Shown piece after piece: positions 38,707 to 53,097 of a stretch of DNA of 63,478 nt. Under the pieces are notes generated by a model. It did not search any database, was not told the origin of the DNA, and was given only the letters and a program-made list of their open reading frames with translations. The DNA comes from Octopus bimaculoides. Lineage: Eukaryota. The translations under genes were made by a program, and so were the position numbers. Location: NCBI RefSeq assembly GCF_001194135.2, contig NC_068986.1:9285517-9348994 (forward strand), given 5' to 3'. How positions within the stretch are numbered: the stretch's first letter is position 1; each line of letters begins with the position of its first letter.

Positions 38707-39871
38707 AGTGGGGGTGCAAATAAACCAACACCAGTTGTCAAGTGATGGGGAAACAAAGACACATACGTGTGTGTGTGTGTTATCATTTAACATCCATTTT
38801 CCAAGCTGGCATTGGATGGCTGGTTTGACAGAAGCTGGTGAACCCAGAGAAAATGCCCCCACTGTCTGCTTTGGCATGTTTTCTATGGTTGGATGCCCTT
38901 TGCAATGCCAACTGCTTTATAGTGTGTGTGTATAAATGATGATCTATATGTATGTATGTATGTGTGTGTTTGTCTGTATAAATGATGATCTATGTGGATG
39001 TATATGAGAGGCTTCCTTATAGTTTCTTAATCCATTGGTCAGTCTAGGGCTTGAGTGCCCAAGGCACTGTGCTGTAGGACTGAACTCCAAACCAAATAAC
39101 TGTGAAATTCCAGTCATGAAAAAATTACTTTGAAGTAAGAGAGACTAATTTCAGTGGACCTAAGAGGACATTTTGTAGTTGATGGTGACCAATGTTATTG
39201 GGAAGGAGAGAAAGAAAGAAAGAAACTAATGATGATTAATGAAGCTTATGAGTAATTGCTCGTACTGAATACTAGAAAATGAAGTATCTATGAGTGGATC
39301 GGAAATAAGTAATTCAACTCCTCCTCTGTGTAATTAATGAAATCTAAAACCTATTATCAAAACCCCAACTGCAGCAGAGAAGCGACATAAAGGCTTGTTC
39401 TGTTCATCATTATAAAAAAGATTCTACTTATTTCATCATGTATTTCATTTTGCTTTCATTCACTTCATTTTAGTTCTTTCTATTACAATCATCAATTGTT
39501 CACATTGGCCTGTCTTAATATTTACATCTTGAAGTATGTTTATAAATTCATTTTTCTTTTCCAATCCATTGTTCTTCTGGAAATTAATCTCTCTCTCTCT
39601 AGAAAAAAAAAAAATTGTGTTCTTTTGTTCAGAATATTTGGAATTTANNNNNNNNNNNNNNNNNNNNNNNNNNNNNNNNNNNNNNNNNNNNNNNNNNNNN
39701 NNNNNNNNNNNNNNNNNNNNNNNNNNNNNNNNNNNNNNNNNNNNNNNNNNNNNNNNNNNNNNNNNNNNNNNNNNNNNNNNNNNNNNNNNNNNNNNNNNNN
39801 NNNNNNNNNAAAATAGTTTTTATATTTTCTCTCTCAGTGTGTATGTGAATAGGCCATAGGGAATTTTGATA

Positions 39872-39934
<63 letters not shown>

Positions 39935-41524
39935 CTATGAAATGCACTGTTAAAATGCCAAGTATAAAGAGGGAAAGACATTCTGTACAAACACAGAGAA
40001 GAACTGCAGAATCACACTTTGCCATTTTTGTTGATTTTCTTGGTTTTTCATTCATGTTCTGCTAGCAGACATAGAATATAAATTTCCGCAGCTGCATATT
40101 GTTGAAGTAATTGCTGCATATCTTTCCTACATTTTACTACTGAAATACAGTATAGGATTGAAATGTGTTATTAGGCAGAGCTTAGATAATAGCTGTAGGA
40201 GAAAGGTTCAGATCTTATGTGCTTGGTAGATCAGCTTTGCATCATAAAAAAAACAAAACAAAAAGAAAAAAACCCACTGAGATTGTGAAATAGTTATTTA
40301 TGTCATAAAACCTAGAGAAGTGTAATGAATCTATCAGCTATTTTGGGTCTCTTTCAGAATCAGGAGTTCATAGAAGCAGCTAAGTTATGATTCCTACATC
40401 AGGTTTACATATCAGTTTGGGTAGGAATTTTAAAATTAATATATTTACTTATTGTTAGAATAGTTATTATTCCAAAAAGGTGCTGCATGTTTTTGTGATC
40501 ATATTTCCAATAATAGATTACCTTTGTCATCAATTTAATATTTAGAGTAAGGAAAACTTTAGACTTGTTTGGCAATTTTATAGTTATTGGTACAGGCGTG
40601 GCTGTGTAGTTAAAAAGCTTGTCTTGGGTTCAGTCCCACTGAGTGGCACCTTTGGCAAAAGCCTTCTACAGCCTTGGATTGATAAGGGCCTTGTAAGTGG
40701 ATTTGGTACTTAATGTATGTATGTGTGTGTGTTTGTTGGTGTGTGGCCTTGCCTTGACATAATGCGGTGATTATAAATGAGCATAATCATCATACAAGTG
40801 ATGTAATTTGCTTCCAGTCTTCCATGGAGAAATTATTGAATTGGTTGGAAACTGGTAAGGGTTGGCAACAGGAAGAGCATTCGGCTGTAGAAAATCTGCC
40901 TCAATAAACTCAATGTGACCCATGGAAAAATGGATGTTGAAACAGTGATGACTGTATGTTGTACTAGTGTTCAGATTTCATCTTAATTAGAGACAGATAT
41001 TTGCCATAATGGCTCATTGCTTAGGCAGTTTGAGCATGACTCTTAAATGCTAGTGTTGTGGGTTGAGTCTCATTATTGCCATTGAAAAAAATCATCCTTT
41101 CAGGCTGGATTGATCTGCATGCAGGCATGGCTGTGCAGTTAAGAAGCTTGTATTGCAACCACACAGTTTGGAGATCAATCCTATTATGCAATACTTTTGG
41201 CAGGTGTATTCTTCTATAGTTCCAGGATGACCAATACCTCACAGAGTGAATTTAATTCATGGATATTGTATGGAAGCCCATTATGTGTGTGTGTGTGTGG
41301 TGTTTGTCCCCCTGCTCCACTTGACAACTGATGTTGGTTTGTTGACATCCCTATCACTTAGCAATTCAGCAAGCAATTCTGACCTTGAGAAAAACAAGAA
41401 CTGGTGTCAATTTGTTTGAACTAAACCCATCAAGACGGTGCCCCAACATGGTTGCAGTCTAGTGACTGAAGCGAGTAAAAGATAGAGGATAGGCTAGTCC
41501 AGAGCCGCTGGCTGAAATACTTAA

Positions 41525-41998
41525 CCCTTTCATTACCAACCCAGCCGAAACCGGTTCTGGCTCTGAGTACAAATGTTTTTGTTTTCATAGGTTTTGAATT
41601 AAAATCTTCCGCCAAACCTTAAGTCACAATTTATGTTCCTAACACTAGCTGAATGATAACCAAGTTATTGTACTAAATTCTTTGTTATATTTAAAATGAA
41701 TTAAAAGAAACACAGAGCATCTCAACAGAAATATGGTGACAAAAGGGTTAAAATATATAATAGAGAAACAATTCTTAACCCTTTTGATACCAACCCAGCT
41801 GAAACTGGCTCTGGCTCTGAGTACAAATGTCTTGTTTTCATAAGTTTTGAATTAAAATCTTCCACCAAACCTTAGTCACAATTTATGTTCCTAACACTAG
41901 CTGAATGACAACTAAATTATTTTACTAAATTCTTTGTTATATTTAAAATAATTGAAAGAAACACAGAACATCTCAACAGAAATATGGCTAGAAAAGGG
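41525..41998. mobile_element. Tandem pair of piggyBac MITEs (41525-41747 and 41779-41998)
   Basis: Each is flanked by TTAA with CCCTTT/AAAGGG ends; the two are similar but not identical. Confidence 0.9.
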
Positions 41999-44659
41999 TT
42001 AATGTCATTTATGTAATCTAATTTAAATGTGAACTGCTGGGGATCTTGAAGGGGTTAAGCAACTGTAGCCTAAATGTATTTTTATGCTTTATATCTGTAA
42101 TTAAGGTGTTGAGCCGGCAGAATCATTAACACTCTGGACAAAATGCTTAGCGGCATTTCGTCTGTCTTTACGTTCTGAGTTCAAATGCCACTGAGGTTGA
42201 CTTTGCCTCTCATTCCCTTTCGGGGTCGATAAAATAAGTACCAGTTGTGTACTGGGGTTGATGTAATTGACTTGCCCTCTCCCCCAAAACAGCTGGCCTT
42301 GTGCCAAAATTTGAAATCAACATCTTATATTTGTATGTTAACAGGCCAGCTGGAGCTCTGAATTTAAGTATGTATAAGACATTTGTAACATCATCATCAT
42401 CATCATCTACTTTCCTATGCTTACATGGGTTGGATGGAATTCAATGAGGCAGATTTTCTACAGCTGGATGTCCTTTCTGTCACCAGCACTTACTTATTTC
42501 CAAGCATGTTTTCATGAAAGATTGGAAAGGAATGATGGTGCTTGCTTGACAATGACATTTGTGATGTCAACCCTTTCGTTACTATATTTCTGACCAAAAT
42601 ACACCCCTCAAGAGTTTCAATTAAATTCTAAAATAATCATGAATTTAGACTAGTTTCATTAAACAACTGTAATCTTTTTACTTAACACATTAATGTGAGA
42701 TTTGGAAGACAATTGAAGAAAAGATTCTTAATCAATTCTATTGCATAACTTTTGTCTCCAAAGTAACTCTAATTACAGGTAAACCGAGCAAAATATATAA
42801 ATATCAAAATTTTGTTTAAACAGCATCATAGTCATCAGCTAATATTCAATTGGGTGTGCAACAAAATTTTAATATAGAAGAATTGTGCACATCACTAGAT
42901 TATTAGTTGAATTTAATGCACAGGTATACCATAAAGGTAAAATAAACTGAAATACTGGAATTTGTTTTTGAAGAAAATTAGAAAATTAAATACATCAACT
43001 AAATGAAATATACTTACACACATACATGAATATACAAGAACATATGTAATATTTACAATAGAAATTAAATCAAAATTTGTCACTCACCTTACAGGCAAAC
43101 TAAAATTACAGGTAAATTAAAATTACAAATAAAAAGTAAAAATGAAGAAAATTTGAAAAATATTTATACAATCTAATTATACATATATAGAAACAATATT
43201 CACTCAATATTTCTATCATGGAAACTTGTAAAACATTCCACTCTACATACTGCAACCTTGCAGAATGGATATTGGAAAGACATTTCAATTGGCCGTCTAA
43301 TGTGACACAAGCAGATACATATGGACGCACACACACATATATGTATACACACACACAATTGACTCCTTTCAGTGTCCACTTAGCAAATATACTCCAAAGC
43401 TTTGGTCAACGTAAGGCTAGTGTCAGAGAGTACTCTCAAGAAACAGGAAGGTGAGTTTAAGAGAGTATGTGGACAAAGTTTATTTGGTGGGTAGATTTCC
43501 TACATAATCATGTCTCTACACTTCCCTTATATAAAATATGTAATTATGTTGGTGTAAAGGTCTTGAGTTCAAATAAAACATTATTCTACTTGCTTCAATG
43601 AACTCAGTTGGGGAACAAATAAAAAACCAGTTTTAACCCTTGTTCAGTTCACTTTTAATAGAAAAGTTTCCATGAATATCCTAATACAGAACACACTCCC
43701 ATCCAACATTTAGTGAACATGGACAAGATGGACAACTGTAGTATTTTAAAAGTGAATTTTTAATTATGGAATTAAGCTTATTTCCTGTGTCCATTGTGCA
43801 TACAATATTGAGTGGCCATAATAACTGTCATATTTTTAGCCACCAGTAACTGTTCATCAAAGCTGACTCATCTTGTGTCCCTATGTCAAGTAGGCATTCA
43901 TCAAAAGGGGGACTCGCTAGGTCTATTTTTAAAGACCATCCAGTTTAACCTCACCTCCTTATCTGCTGTTCATATATTAATCTCCAATTGTACTTTTTTA
44001 CGCTTCAAAGTATCATCAGTCATTAAATATATATGTGTGGTGTGTCATTGTTTTCACCATTAACATCCACTTTTCCTCTCCATGCTTGCATGACACACAC
44101 GCACACGCACACAAGTGGATGAACAAATGAAAGGAAATAGCACTCAACACATTTGGTAGAAGTTAAATGTATTTAGTAACAGTTGGGCCTCATGGAGGCA
44201 AAGTGTCTGAGTTCCTTTCGAGCATTGGGCCTCATGGAGGCAATGACCAGGACCTTTGACATTGTCGTGCTTGAGAAGACCCATCAAACCAAGCAAAATT
44301 GCAGTCATGGCAGATACTGGTGTCATGCATATGGCACTTGTGCCGGTGGCACATAAAAGCACCCATTACACTCTCAGAGTGGTTGGCATTAGGAAGGGTA
44401 TCCAGCCGTAGAAAACCATACCAAATAAGGCTGGAGTCTGGTGTAGCCTTCCAGCTTAACAGTCCTGGTCAAACTGTCCAACCCATGCCAGCATGGACAA
44501 CAGATGTTAAACGATGATGATGAACATTGTGACTCAGTTGGACAGGACTTGCAGTTTTGTGGGCACATAGGTCCATGTTTGGAGGTAGATCTTCTGAGGA
44601 GTTCAGTCTGTCCTATTCACCCATGAAGATTTTAAGTCTGCTGTAGCTGCATCAAATTT

Positions 44660-45010
44660 CGATATATAAGAACATTGATTGGCTATGATGCAAAGAGCCA
44701 TGGAACGATCCATGCTAGAAATATGATTACGAAAGCATGTTTCAAATGAGATAATTTAAGAACTGAGCAGTGTGAAAAATGTGATCACAGAATACCGAAA
44801 GCACAAGTTCCACTGAGTTGGATATATTGTAAGGTTCCTTGACAAGAGGTGGACTTGTACAGTTGCCGAGTGGTATCCAGCAGATGGAGAAAGGCCACTC
44901 GGAAGGCCTCCATGATGATGGGAAGATGATTTAGTTAAGTGATTTGGGTCAAGATAGAAAAGAATGGCATGATTATGACAATTGGAAGCACATTGTGATC
45001 AGTGGTGTAC
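44660..45010 (+). mobile_element. Second RTE family, C-terminal fragment
   Basis: MQRAMERSML...RWTCTVAEWYP...GRPP..WEDDL remnant. Confidence 0.75.
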
Positions 45011-45047
45011 AGCATCATCTGATGGTCTGGTGATACTCTGATATTGT

Positions 45048-45080
<33 letters not shown>

Positions 45081-45103
45081 NNNNNNNNNNATATATATAT
45101 ATA

Positions 45104-45143
<40 letters not shown>

Positions 45144-48100
45144 CATATATATACGTATATACAAACACACACACAAATATTCAACCCATTCGACTATTGT
45201 TATCCATCATGCCTGCTCAAAGAAAACAAAATTCTAATTTCTTTCAGAACGCTATCTTACAAATATATTCTTTCATGTTTCTTCATCTGGGCCTATCTTC
45301 CCATTTTCCATTTCTTTTTTTTTATCTTTGTCTATAAATTATGATTTTCATCTGTTCTTAGCTCATCTTCACTCTATTTTCCTTCTTTCTTTTTCTTAGT
45401 TTATTTTAAGAATTCAGTGATTATTATGTAATCTGTAGCTACTTGTAGTGGTTCGCAGGCTGGTTGGAATCTAGTTTGTGGAAGTTTGCCAACCTCTTGT
45501 TGTTATTGTGTGTGTGCGCGCGCATGTGTTTATCTTTGTACTTATGTTATTTACAACAATTATTTAAAAGAATTTATTTTTTTTTTGTTTTCTTAAATTC
45601 ATAGTTTTAAACACACTTTTTTCTTGGCCAAACTTTTCAAATTTATACTGTATTAAAATTTATATTTTCTATAATTAGTTAAATATCTAGAATGAGTTAA
45701 TTTTTCTACTGTCATAAATTCTTTAGTCATTGCCTAAAACTTTAGGAATTTCAATTATTCTATCAACTTCCTCCTATTAATTGATACACTATTCCTTTTT
45801 AATAATTGTTATTGCTTTAGGTGTGGCATTGTACTAAAATGGAGTTTTACTTTGGGTGTGGCATCAAGATGAGTTGGTAATAATCACTTTTAGGATAGGC
45901 AAACACAGTGAAGGTGGCAAAGTGGTAGGCTGTTGAGGGGAAGCTTGCAGGAGATTGTTTGGTGTTATGTTTTTCCTCCAAATCACATTCTACAGTTTAC
46001 AGATGTGAAAATGAGTACAACTCATAGCTGAGTTTGGTGTGAGGCAAAGAGAGCCATGAGTAAAAGAGCCACCTATCTGTTGCAACAGTTAACTGCATCT
46101 AACTCCAGATAGCATAATAAAAAAAAAAAAAGGAAAATAGTTAGAAAAAGAAACAAACATCTTTTTTGTGTGTTTTTTTGTTTTTTGTAAATCTGTAATT
46201 GTAGCTGTTGCTTTTTTTTTTTAATAAAACTAAATGTCTATGGTAGATGGTGATAGGACGGAGAAAATGGTAGCTGTTTGGTAAGGTATGCAGACAGTGT
46301 AAGAGAAACAGGTGTGTCAGTAACTGTGATTATGTAGGTGGATACAAAGTGGAACTGGATGGTATGAAATTGTAAACCTGATCAGCAATAAATGGAAGCT
46401 TTTGCTAGCTGTTCACATGTTTATCAGGATTCAAAATCTTCTTTTCTTTTCATTCCAGTTTTTGAAGTTCCAACATCAGGAGATGTGCCATGAAATTCTA
46501 TTTATTCATAAATTTGGTCTCCTTACTGATTCACTGGAAACATTTTACTTTTTTTTTCTTTTAATTTCCTCCAGATTTTAAACTGTCTGCCTGTCTCTGA
46601 TAATCCAAAGTGGATTAAGCTAAACCAAATTTAAAATAATTTTGTTGGAATCACAGAAAGTTGGTTCCTTGAAAAGGAACAAAGAAAGAAATAATTTCAT
46701 CTTTTAACTGTTTCAGTCATTAGACTGTGGCCATACTGGGGTACCACTTTGAAGAATTCTTAGTCAAATGAATCGATTCCAGTATTTTTCTTTTTAATCC
46801 TGGTACTTACTCTAGCAATTTCTTTTGTCAAATCACTAAGTTATGGGGACATAAACACATCAGCACCAGTTGTCAAATGGTGGGCAGGAGAGGTTGACAA
46901 ACACAGACCCAAAGACACACACATACTCTTTAAGTTTCCATCTACTAAACCTACTTGCAAGGCTTTGGTCAGCCTGGGGCTATAGTAGAAGCCTCTTGCG
47001 CAAGGTGTCATACAGTGAAACTGGTCCTATAAGATAAACCTCAATAAATTTCACCTGAGCCATACAAGCATGAGAAAATAGACAGGGAGACAATGTTGTA
47101 TAATTAGCATCTTGATTCATTTCTGATAATTACTTGTTCTGGTGTAATTAGACACGGTTTGGTTAAACTATTACTTCCAATGCCATTTAGGAAGGATCAT
47201 ATTTGGTAATATTCTAGAATCAAGTATTTTGATGAAATATTTTGATGGTTAAAGAAATTATTCTACTATCTAATTGATATTTTTTTCTCTATTTGATATG
47301 TAAATTAATTAATTTTCCTAATTACTCTCTTCCTGAAATGAGTCAGTTGTTTGTTTAGTTTTAGGTTGTATACTTTTAAAGGTAATCAAATAACATCTGC
47401 AGATTCTTCTCACATATTACTTTCAAAGTTTCAAACAAGGCCAGCAATTTCAGGGGAGTGGGGGGGGGGGGAAGTCGATTACATAGACCCCCAGTTTTCA
47501 ACTGGTTCACCTTTTATTGACCCCCAGAAGGAAGAAAGGCAAAGTTGACCTCAGTGGAATTTGAACTCAGAATGTAAAGATGTGAAAAATGCTGCTAAAC
47601 ATTTTGCCCAGCAATGCTAACAATTCTGCCAACTCACCTTCTTAAATCACAACAACTAAATATTGATTCCTGTCTTTTGCAAACATAGAATTGGATAGCC
47701 TGCAGTTTCAAGAACATTACTTGTTAATCTTACTCAAGTCCAGTATTTTCTATGCCACCATTTTACATTCTCTTCTGCATGCAGTCTTGTGTCCAAATGA
47801 CTTCTTTGTTTGCCAACAGCTCACAGACTTTATCAAGTATTGTTGGTGCTGGTGCCACATAAAAAGCATCCAAATCACTATGTAAAATGGTTGGCATTAG
47901 GATAGGCATCCAGCCATGGAAGACATTCTGGAACAGGCAACAGAACCTGGTGTAGCTCTTGCAGTGGTGGTGGATTCAGTTTCAAATTCTGGTATCAGCT
48001 GGTTGCTCTCATTGAATTATAAATTGTTTTTTAATTGATACTATTGCATTTTCTTGCTTATTACCTTTCTCATTTATTTTTTGGATATGTAAAATAATTT

Positions 48101-50514
48101 AGAAAGGAGTAAAATGTATGTAACCATGTAGCTCTTCTACAAAAAGACCCTCTTCACCACCCACCCACACCTTGCCCTCATCTCAGAGCACAAAGCTGTC
48201 CATTCCTCTTGCTTCAAGTTTTGTAGTTTTACAAGCTGCATGGTGGCCTTACTTGTGCTGGTGGTATGCAAAAAAGCATGCAGCACACTTTAAAGTGGTT
48301 GGCATTAGGAAGGGCATCAAGTTGTAAAAAAAATTATACCAAACTATCCAATCCACGACACCAGCATGGAAAACAGTTGTTAAATGATGGTGATAATTAT
48401 GATATAAAATATTTGTTTTGTTTGAAAGTGTTAATTCTAGGGATTAAGTAAAGACTGAATTAATATTTTGGTTGGCCATTTTATTTTTATTTGATTCTGT
48501 TGGCTTGTTCTGGTGGAATTGGTTGCACTCATAGCATTCCTGGTCTGTGAGGCTGGTGAGAAGAACCACATGGGCAATGTTCCTCTTGATTAATTTCAAG
48601 GTAACAGCTGCAAGAGAAACACAGGGAGGGAGCGAATTTCAGTTTTGATGTTTTGAGAAGGAAGAATGTAGTGATTCGTATGTGTGTGCTGACACTCTGG
48701 ATGACGAGAGGAGAGATGAGTGAGTTATGGATATCTGAGTGAAAGTACCATGAGAATGACAATTGCCAAAGTAGAGAGAGAGAACACAGCACGTCTATGA
48801 GCCAGTGGATTGGTGAATGGCTTTGAATCAATCAATTGGTCTTTCTGAAGATATGGATAAAGATATGTATGGTCATTGTGTTTTCATTTTGATGAAGGAG
48901 ACAAAACTTGCATCACTTCATTGAAGGGGAAATGAGTTTAAAACCCATCTTAAACTGAGTTTTGTCAAAGAATATTAGAAGCTGCCTGTAAAACCAGCAC
49001 ATTTTTCTCTTTGTGTCCTTTCTGAGGATTTGTACAAAATTTAGAATCTACAAATAGAATTTACTCCAAAGTAAGGATGCTTATATTTTATATGCTTTTT
49101 TTTTTTATACATCACCTGTCATCCAGGAAAACATTTACTGAAGTTAATCCTCTTTTTATAAATATTTCAAAATGTCACAGGACATGTTTTCAAATGGAGA
49201 CATTCTTTTAATTACTCTCACAAATTCCATTTCCACTGAAGATTTTGGTATGTTGTGATTCTCTTTATATATCAGTTCCCTCCTCCCCCTCTCTCTTTTT
49301 CATTCACATTTATCCACTTTCATCTGTCTGTCTCTTTCTTTTATCCTTATCCTTTCATCTCTCACCATCCCTCTCTGTATCATTGTCTCCTTCCTCTTTC
49401 TTCTATACTTCCTCATTCTCCCCTTCTTTACATATCTTTTTGCTTTACCAATTACAACCATCTTAAATGTTTAATGGGAGATGTTTCTTCTGCATGCACA
49501 ACACATTACTGATATTTAAGCTTTTTTCCTTTCTCCTTGTTCTGCACCCGACTGATCTTTTCCACTTTCTTTGTGTAATCCATAAGCAAGCCTGAATTCT
49601 AAACGAGTCCCTAAATGGGTAATGACACAAAAGGAAGTGGTTAAACTGTTGGTGTTAATGGAGCACATTGAAATAGTGGTCTTTCAGTGTGTCTTGACAC
49701 AACATAAAATAGTCGAGGTGTGTGTGTGGGGGGGGAGATAAATTAGTATTAAGGCTTTAAATATTTATAAGAGGAGAATTTCTTCTCTGATGACAACTGA
49801 CCTTTCTCTATCTTTATATGTTTTTATTTGCATTAAAAAAGTAATATTCTACAAATAAACATGGACTTACAAATATACATTTTCAGCTACACCCTAATTT
49901 TGTTTTATTTCATGTTGCTAATATATATATGCATGTGTGTGTGTGTGTGAGTGTATATATAGAATGACTTTGAATCTGATACATAAAATTGGCGAGTGAC
50001 TTAGGTCAGAATTAATGCTGTATATATATTGGACTGTTGGAATGATATCATTTTTCCATTATAAGCCAGGAAATGGTAACCTTGTCCTTTGCAAGTCGGA
50101 TTGCTTTTTAACCTGCAAAGGAAACTCTCTATTAGTGGGTGTGGAGGTGGGGGTTTGCTTTGTCAGAAGCAGAATGAACAAATATAAAAAAAAAAGGGAT
50201 CACTTTTGATGAGAACATGACCTACAATTAGTTAATAATGTCAAATAGTTTTCTGTACTAACTCAATAGGTCAGACACTGTGCTGTCATTATAATAACTC
50301 TGCTTCATTTATCTCTCTCTATTTTGGGCCTTGTGCCTAGAGTAGAAAAGATTTCTCTTTCTCTCTATATATATCATCGTGCATTCTATTATTGCTCTTT
50401 TATTTTCTGTTTTTTTTTTATTTATAGGATTTGTTTAAAAAGAAGAAAAGAATATTAAGGTTAAATTGTATGTTGTAGTTAATTAAAATTAATAAATCAA
50501 TATTTAACTGCTCT

Positions 50515-50734
50515 AGGGTGGTGAGCTGGCAGAATTGTTAGCACACTGGGTGAAATACTTAATGGTATTTTGTCTGCCGTTACATTCTGAGTTCAAATTC
50601 CGCCGAGGTCGACTTTGCCTTTCATCTTTTCGGGGTTGATTAAATAAGTACCAGTTATGCATTGGGGTCGACTTAATCCCTTTGTCTGTCCTTGTTTGTC
50701 CCCTCTATGTTTAGCCCCCTGTGGGCAATAAAGA
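50515..50734 (+). mobile_element. tRNA-derived SINE, head A plus Tx1-like tail T1
   Basis: A-box tggcagaattg, B-box gagttcaaattcc, body gcctttcatctttcggggttgat; 16-bp TSD aatatttaactgctct (50499-50514 and 50735-50750). Confidence 0.9.
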
Positions 50735-50795
50735 AATATTTAACTGCTCTTTCTTGGTTTCATTTCAGTCAGTCTTGTAATTAATATTATTCGTA

Positions 50796-51187
50796 GGTGC
50801 AAGTGTGGCTGTATGGTTAAGTTTGTTTCCTAATCACATGATTTCAGGTTCAATCCATTTGCATGCAACTTCAGGCAAGTGTCTTCTATGGCCCTGGACC
50901 GACCAAAGCCTCCTGAGTGAATTTTGTAAGATGGAAATGGAAAGAAGCCCAGTGTATGTGTGTGTGCCTTTGTGTCGACTTGATGTGATTGTTGTAAATG
51001 AGTGCCACTGTCATACAAGCAGTGTCTTTCATTTCCTGTCTTCCATGAAAATATGTCCGTTATGGAGAAGCATTACCTTCCTTGGAAACAGGTGAGGGTT
51101 GGCAACTGGAAGGGCATCCAGCTGTAGAAACCTTCCTCATCTACCTTCCTTCCTAACCTTGGCTAGCTTGGAAAAATAGATGTTAAG
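50796..51187 (+). mobile_element. Chimeric SINE: head B plus RTE 3' tail; also 40593-40952 and 59469-59894
   Basis: Head B is followed by gttggcaac.ggaagggcatccagctgtagaaa...ggaaaa...gatgtt, the tail seen on the RTE LINE 3' ends. Confidence 0.8.
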
Positions 51188-52885
51188 CAAAGTTCATTGT
51201 GTTTGAGCAAATACTTCACATGCATTTGTTACAGGCATTTATATATATATATATACGATTCACTGTCTTGTAAAAAGCTACCAAATGAATAAATCTAAGA
51301 GGATTTTTGTGTGTTGCAATCTCGTTCCTTCTTGTTTGTGGGTGGGGGCTGAGGGTCTGTGGATTTTAAGACAGAATTAATTGGCATTCCGTCGGTAATA
51401 ATAGTGAACGTTCCAGTTGATCTGATAGACAGAACAGCCTGTTCGTGAAATGAATGTGCAAGCAGTTGAGTACTCCACAGACATGCATACCCTTAACATA
51501 GTTCTCAGGAAGATTCAGCATGATACAGAATGTGATAAGGCTGGCCCCTTTGGAATTTCAGGTACAACTCATTTTTGTCATATGAGTGGGCTGGACACAA
51601 TGTGACGTCAGGAATTGAACTCTCAACCTTTATGATTGAGAGGCAAATACCGTAACCACTTCACAAGACATAATTATTGGCTTCTAAAGAAGCTATAGAT
51701 TCAAGACAACCTGAAATCAATAGTGTCATACTAATTAACTATAAAACCATTGTTGACTTTGCAGCTTTGCTCAAATATATTTGCCGCTAATGATTCTTGT
51801 ATTTTACCATTGTGTGTTTCCAACAGTAACTGCAAAATTTATTGCAAACATTTTAATATGTATTTCAAAGCTTATAATGTTATAGACACCACTGAGCAGA
51901 AGTTCATAGATTGAACATAAAATGGAGGACTTAATAAACCAAATTATTTTTGGTCCTGAAGAACAAGATAAAGTTTCTTACAAGATAATTACTGAAGAAT
52001 TGACTGAAGATTTTGGAAAAGTGCTTGCTTTTTCTGATTGCTTTTAATAAATTTCTTTAATGTTCAATGAAGCTGAGTCACTCATATGATTTGGTAACTA
52101 AAATGATTTCATTAGCATGAGATTGTAAGTTCTAAGATAATTTGAATATTGGTAACTGCCTGATATGTGATCAAGTTGTCACATTTACATCACACAAAGA
52201 AATATGCCATGTCTATGTGACAAGAATCCATCACTCTGCCAAATCTATTATTCATGTATAAGAAACCAAACCATTCCTGAGTCATACAACATTAACAAAA
52301 TTTCTGCAATGTCATTAAATTATGCATAACTGTGTGGGAGGAAGTTTGCACGATTTAGGTTCAGTCCCACTGCGTGGCACATTGGGCAAGAATCTTTTAC
52401 TATAGCCTTGGACTAACCAAAGACTTGTGAGTGGATTTAGTTGACGGAATCTAAAAGAAGCCTGTTGTATGTGTATATATTAAGTGTATGTGTGTGTCTT
52501 TGTGTCTGTACTCCCCCCCCCCCCACTTTATGACTGGTGTTGGTGTTTACGTCCCTGTTACTTAGCAATTTGGCAAAAGAGACTGATAGAATAAGTATTG
52601 GGGTTGATACGTTTGACTAAAATTCTCAAAAGTAGTACCCCAGCATGGCCACGTTCTAATGATTTAAACAAGTGAAAAGTAATGTTAAAATCATGAAGGA
52701 CAGCTTTTTTAAAATTTATTTATATTTTCCAAGAAGCTTGAGTCATATTTTGCTGCAAATTGCGAAAGTCAATCACCGAAGCTGACATGGTTCCAGTTTT
52801 TCCTTTAGCTTTTATTTAAAATTTATTGAACAAAGGCTATAGAACAGGTAACAAAAGGTGATTGTTCATGAAATGTGTTTATTAA

Positions 52886-53097
52886 TCCTTTTGATACCAA
52901 CCCATCTGAGACCATCCCTACTTCTACAATGCAAACATTCTCTTTTAAAATGATCTAAATTAAATTTCCATAAAAATTTCATGTTAGGTTCTAACTGCCG
53001 TGCTAAAAAACAACACAATTATTTCACTAAATTCTTCTTTATTTTCAAAATTGAAACAAAGGCAGTTTATTTCAACAGAAAACTGGTAACAGAAGGG
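52886..53097. mobile_element. piggyBac MITE, diverged
   Basis: TTAA-TCCTTTTGATACC ... GGTAACAGAAGGG-TTAA. Confidence 0.8.

Noticed and set aside
43812-44030. Minus-frame VSFDEQLL resembling the piggyBac DEQLL catalytic motif, near a piggyBac-like end at about 42568
   Set aside because: It is a single short match among stops, with no other transposase motifs recognisable.
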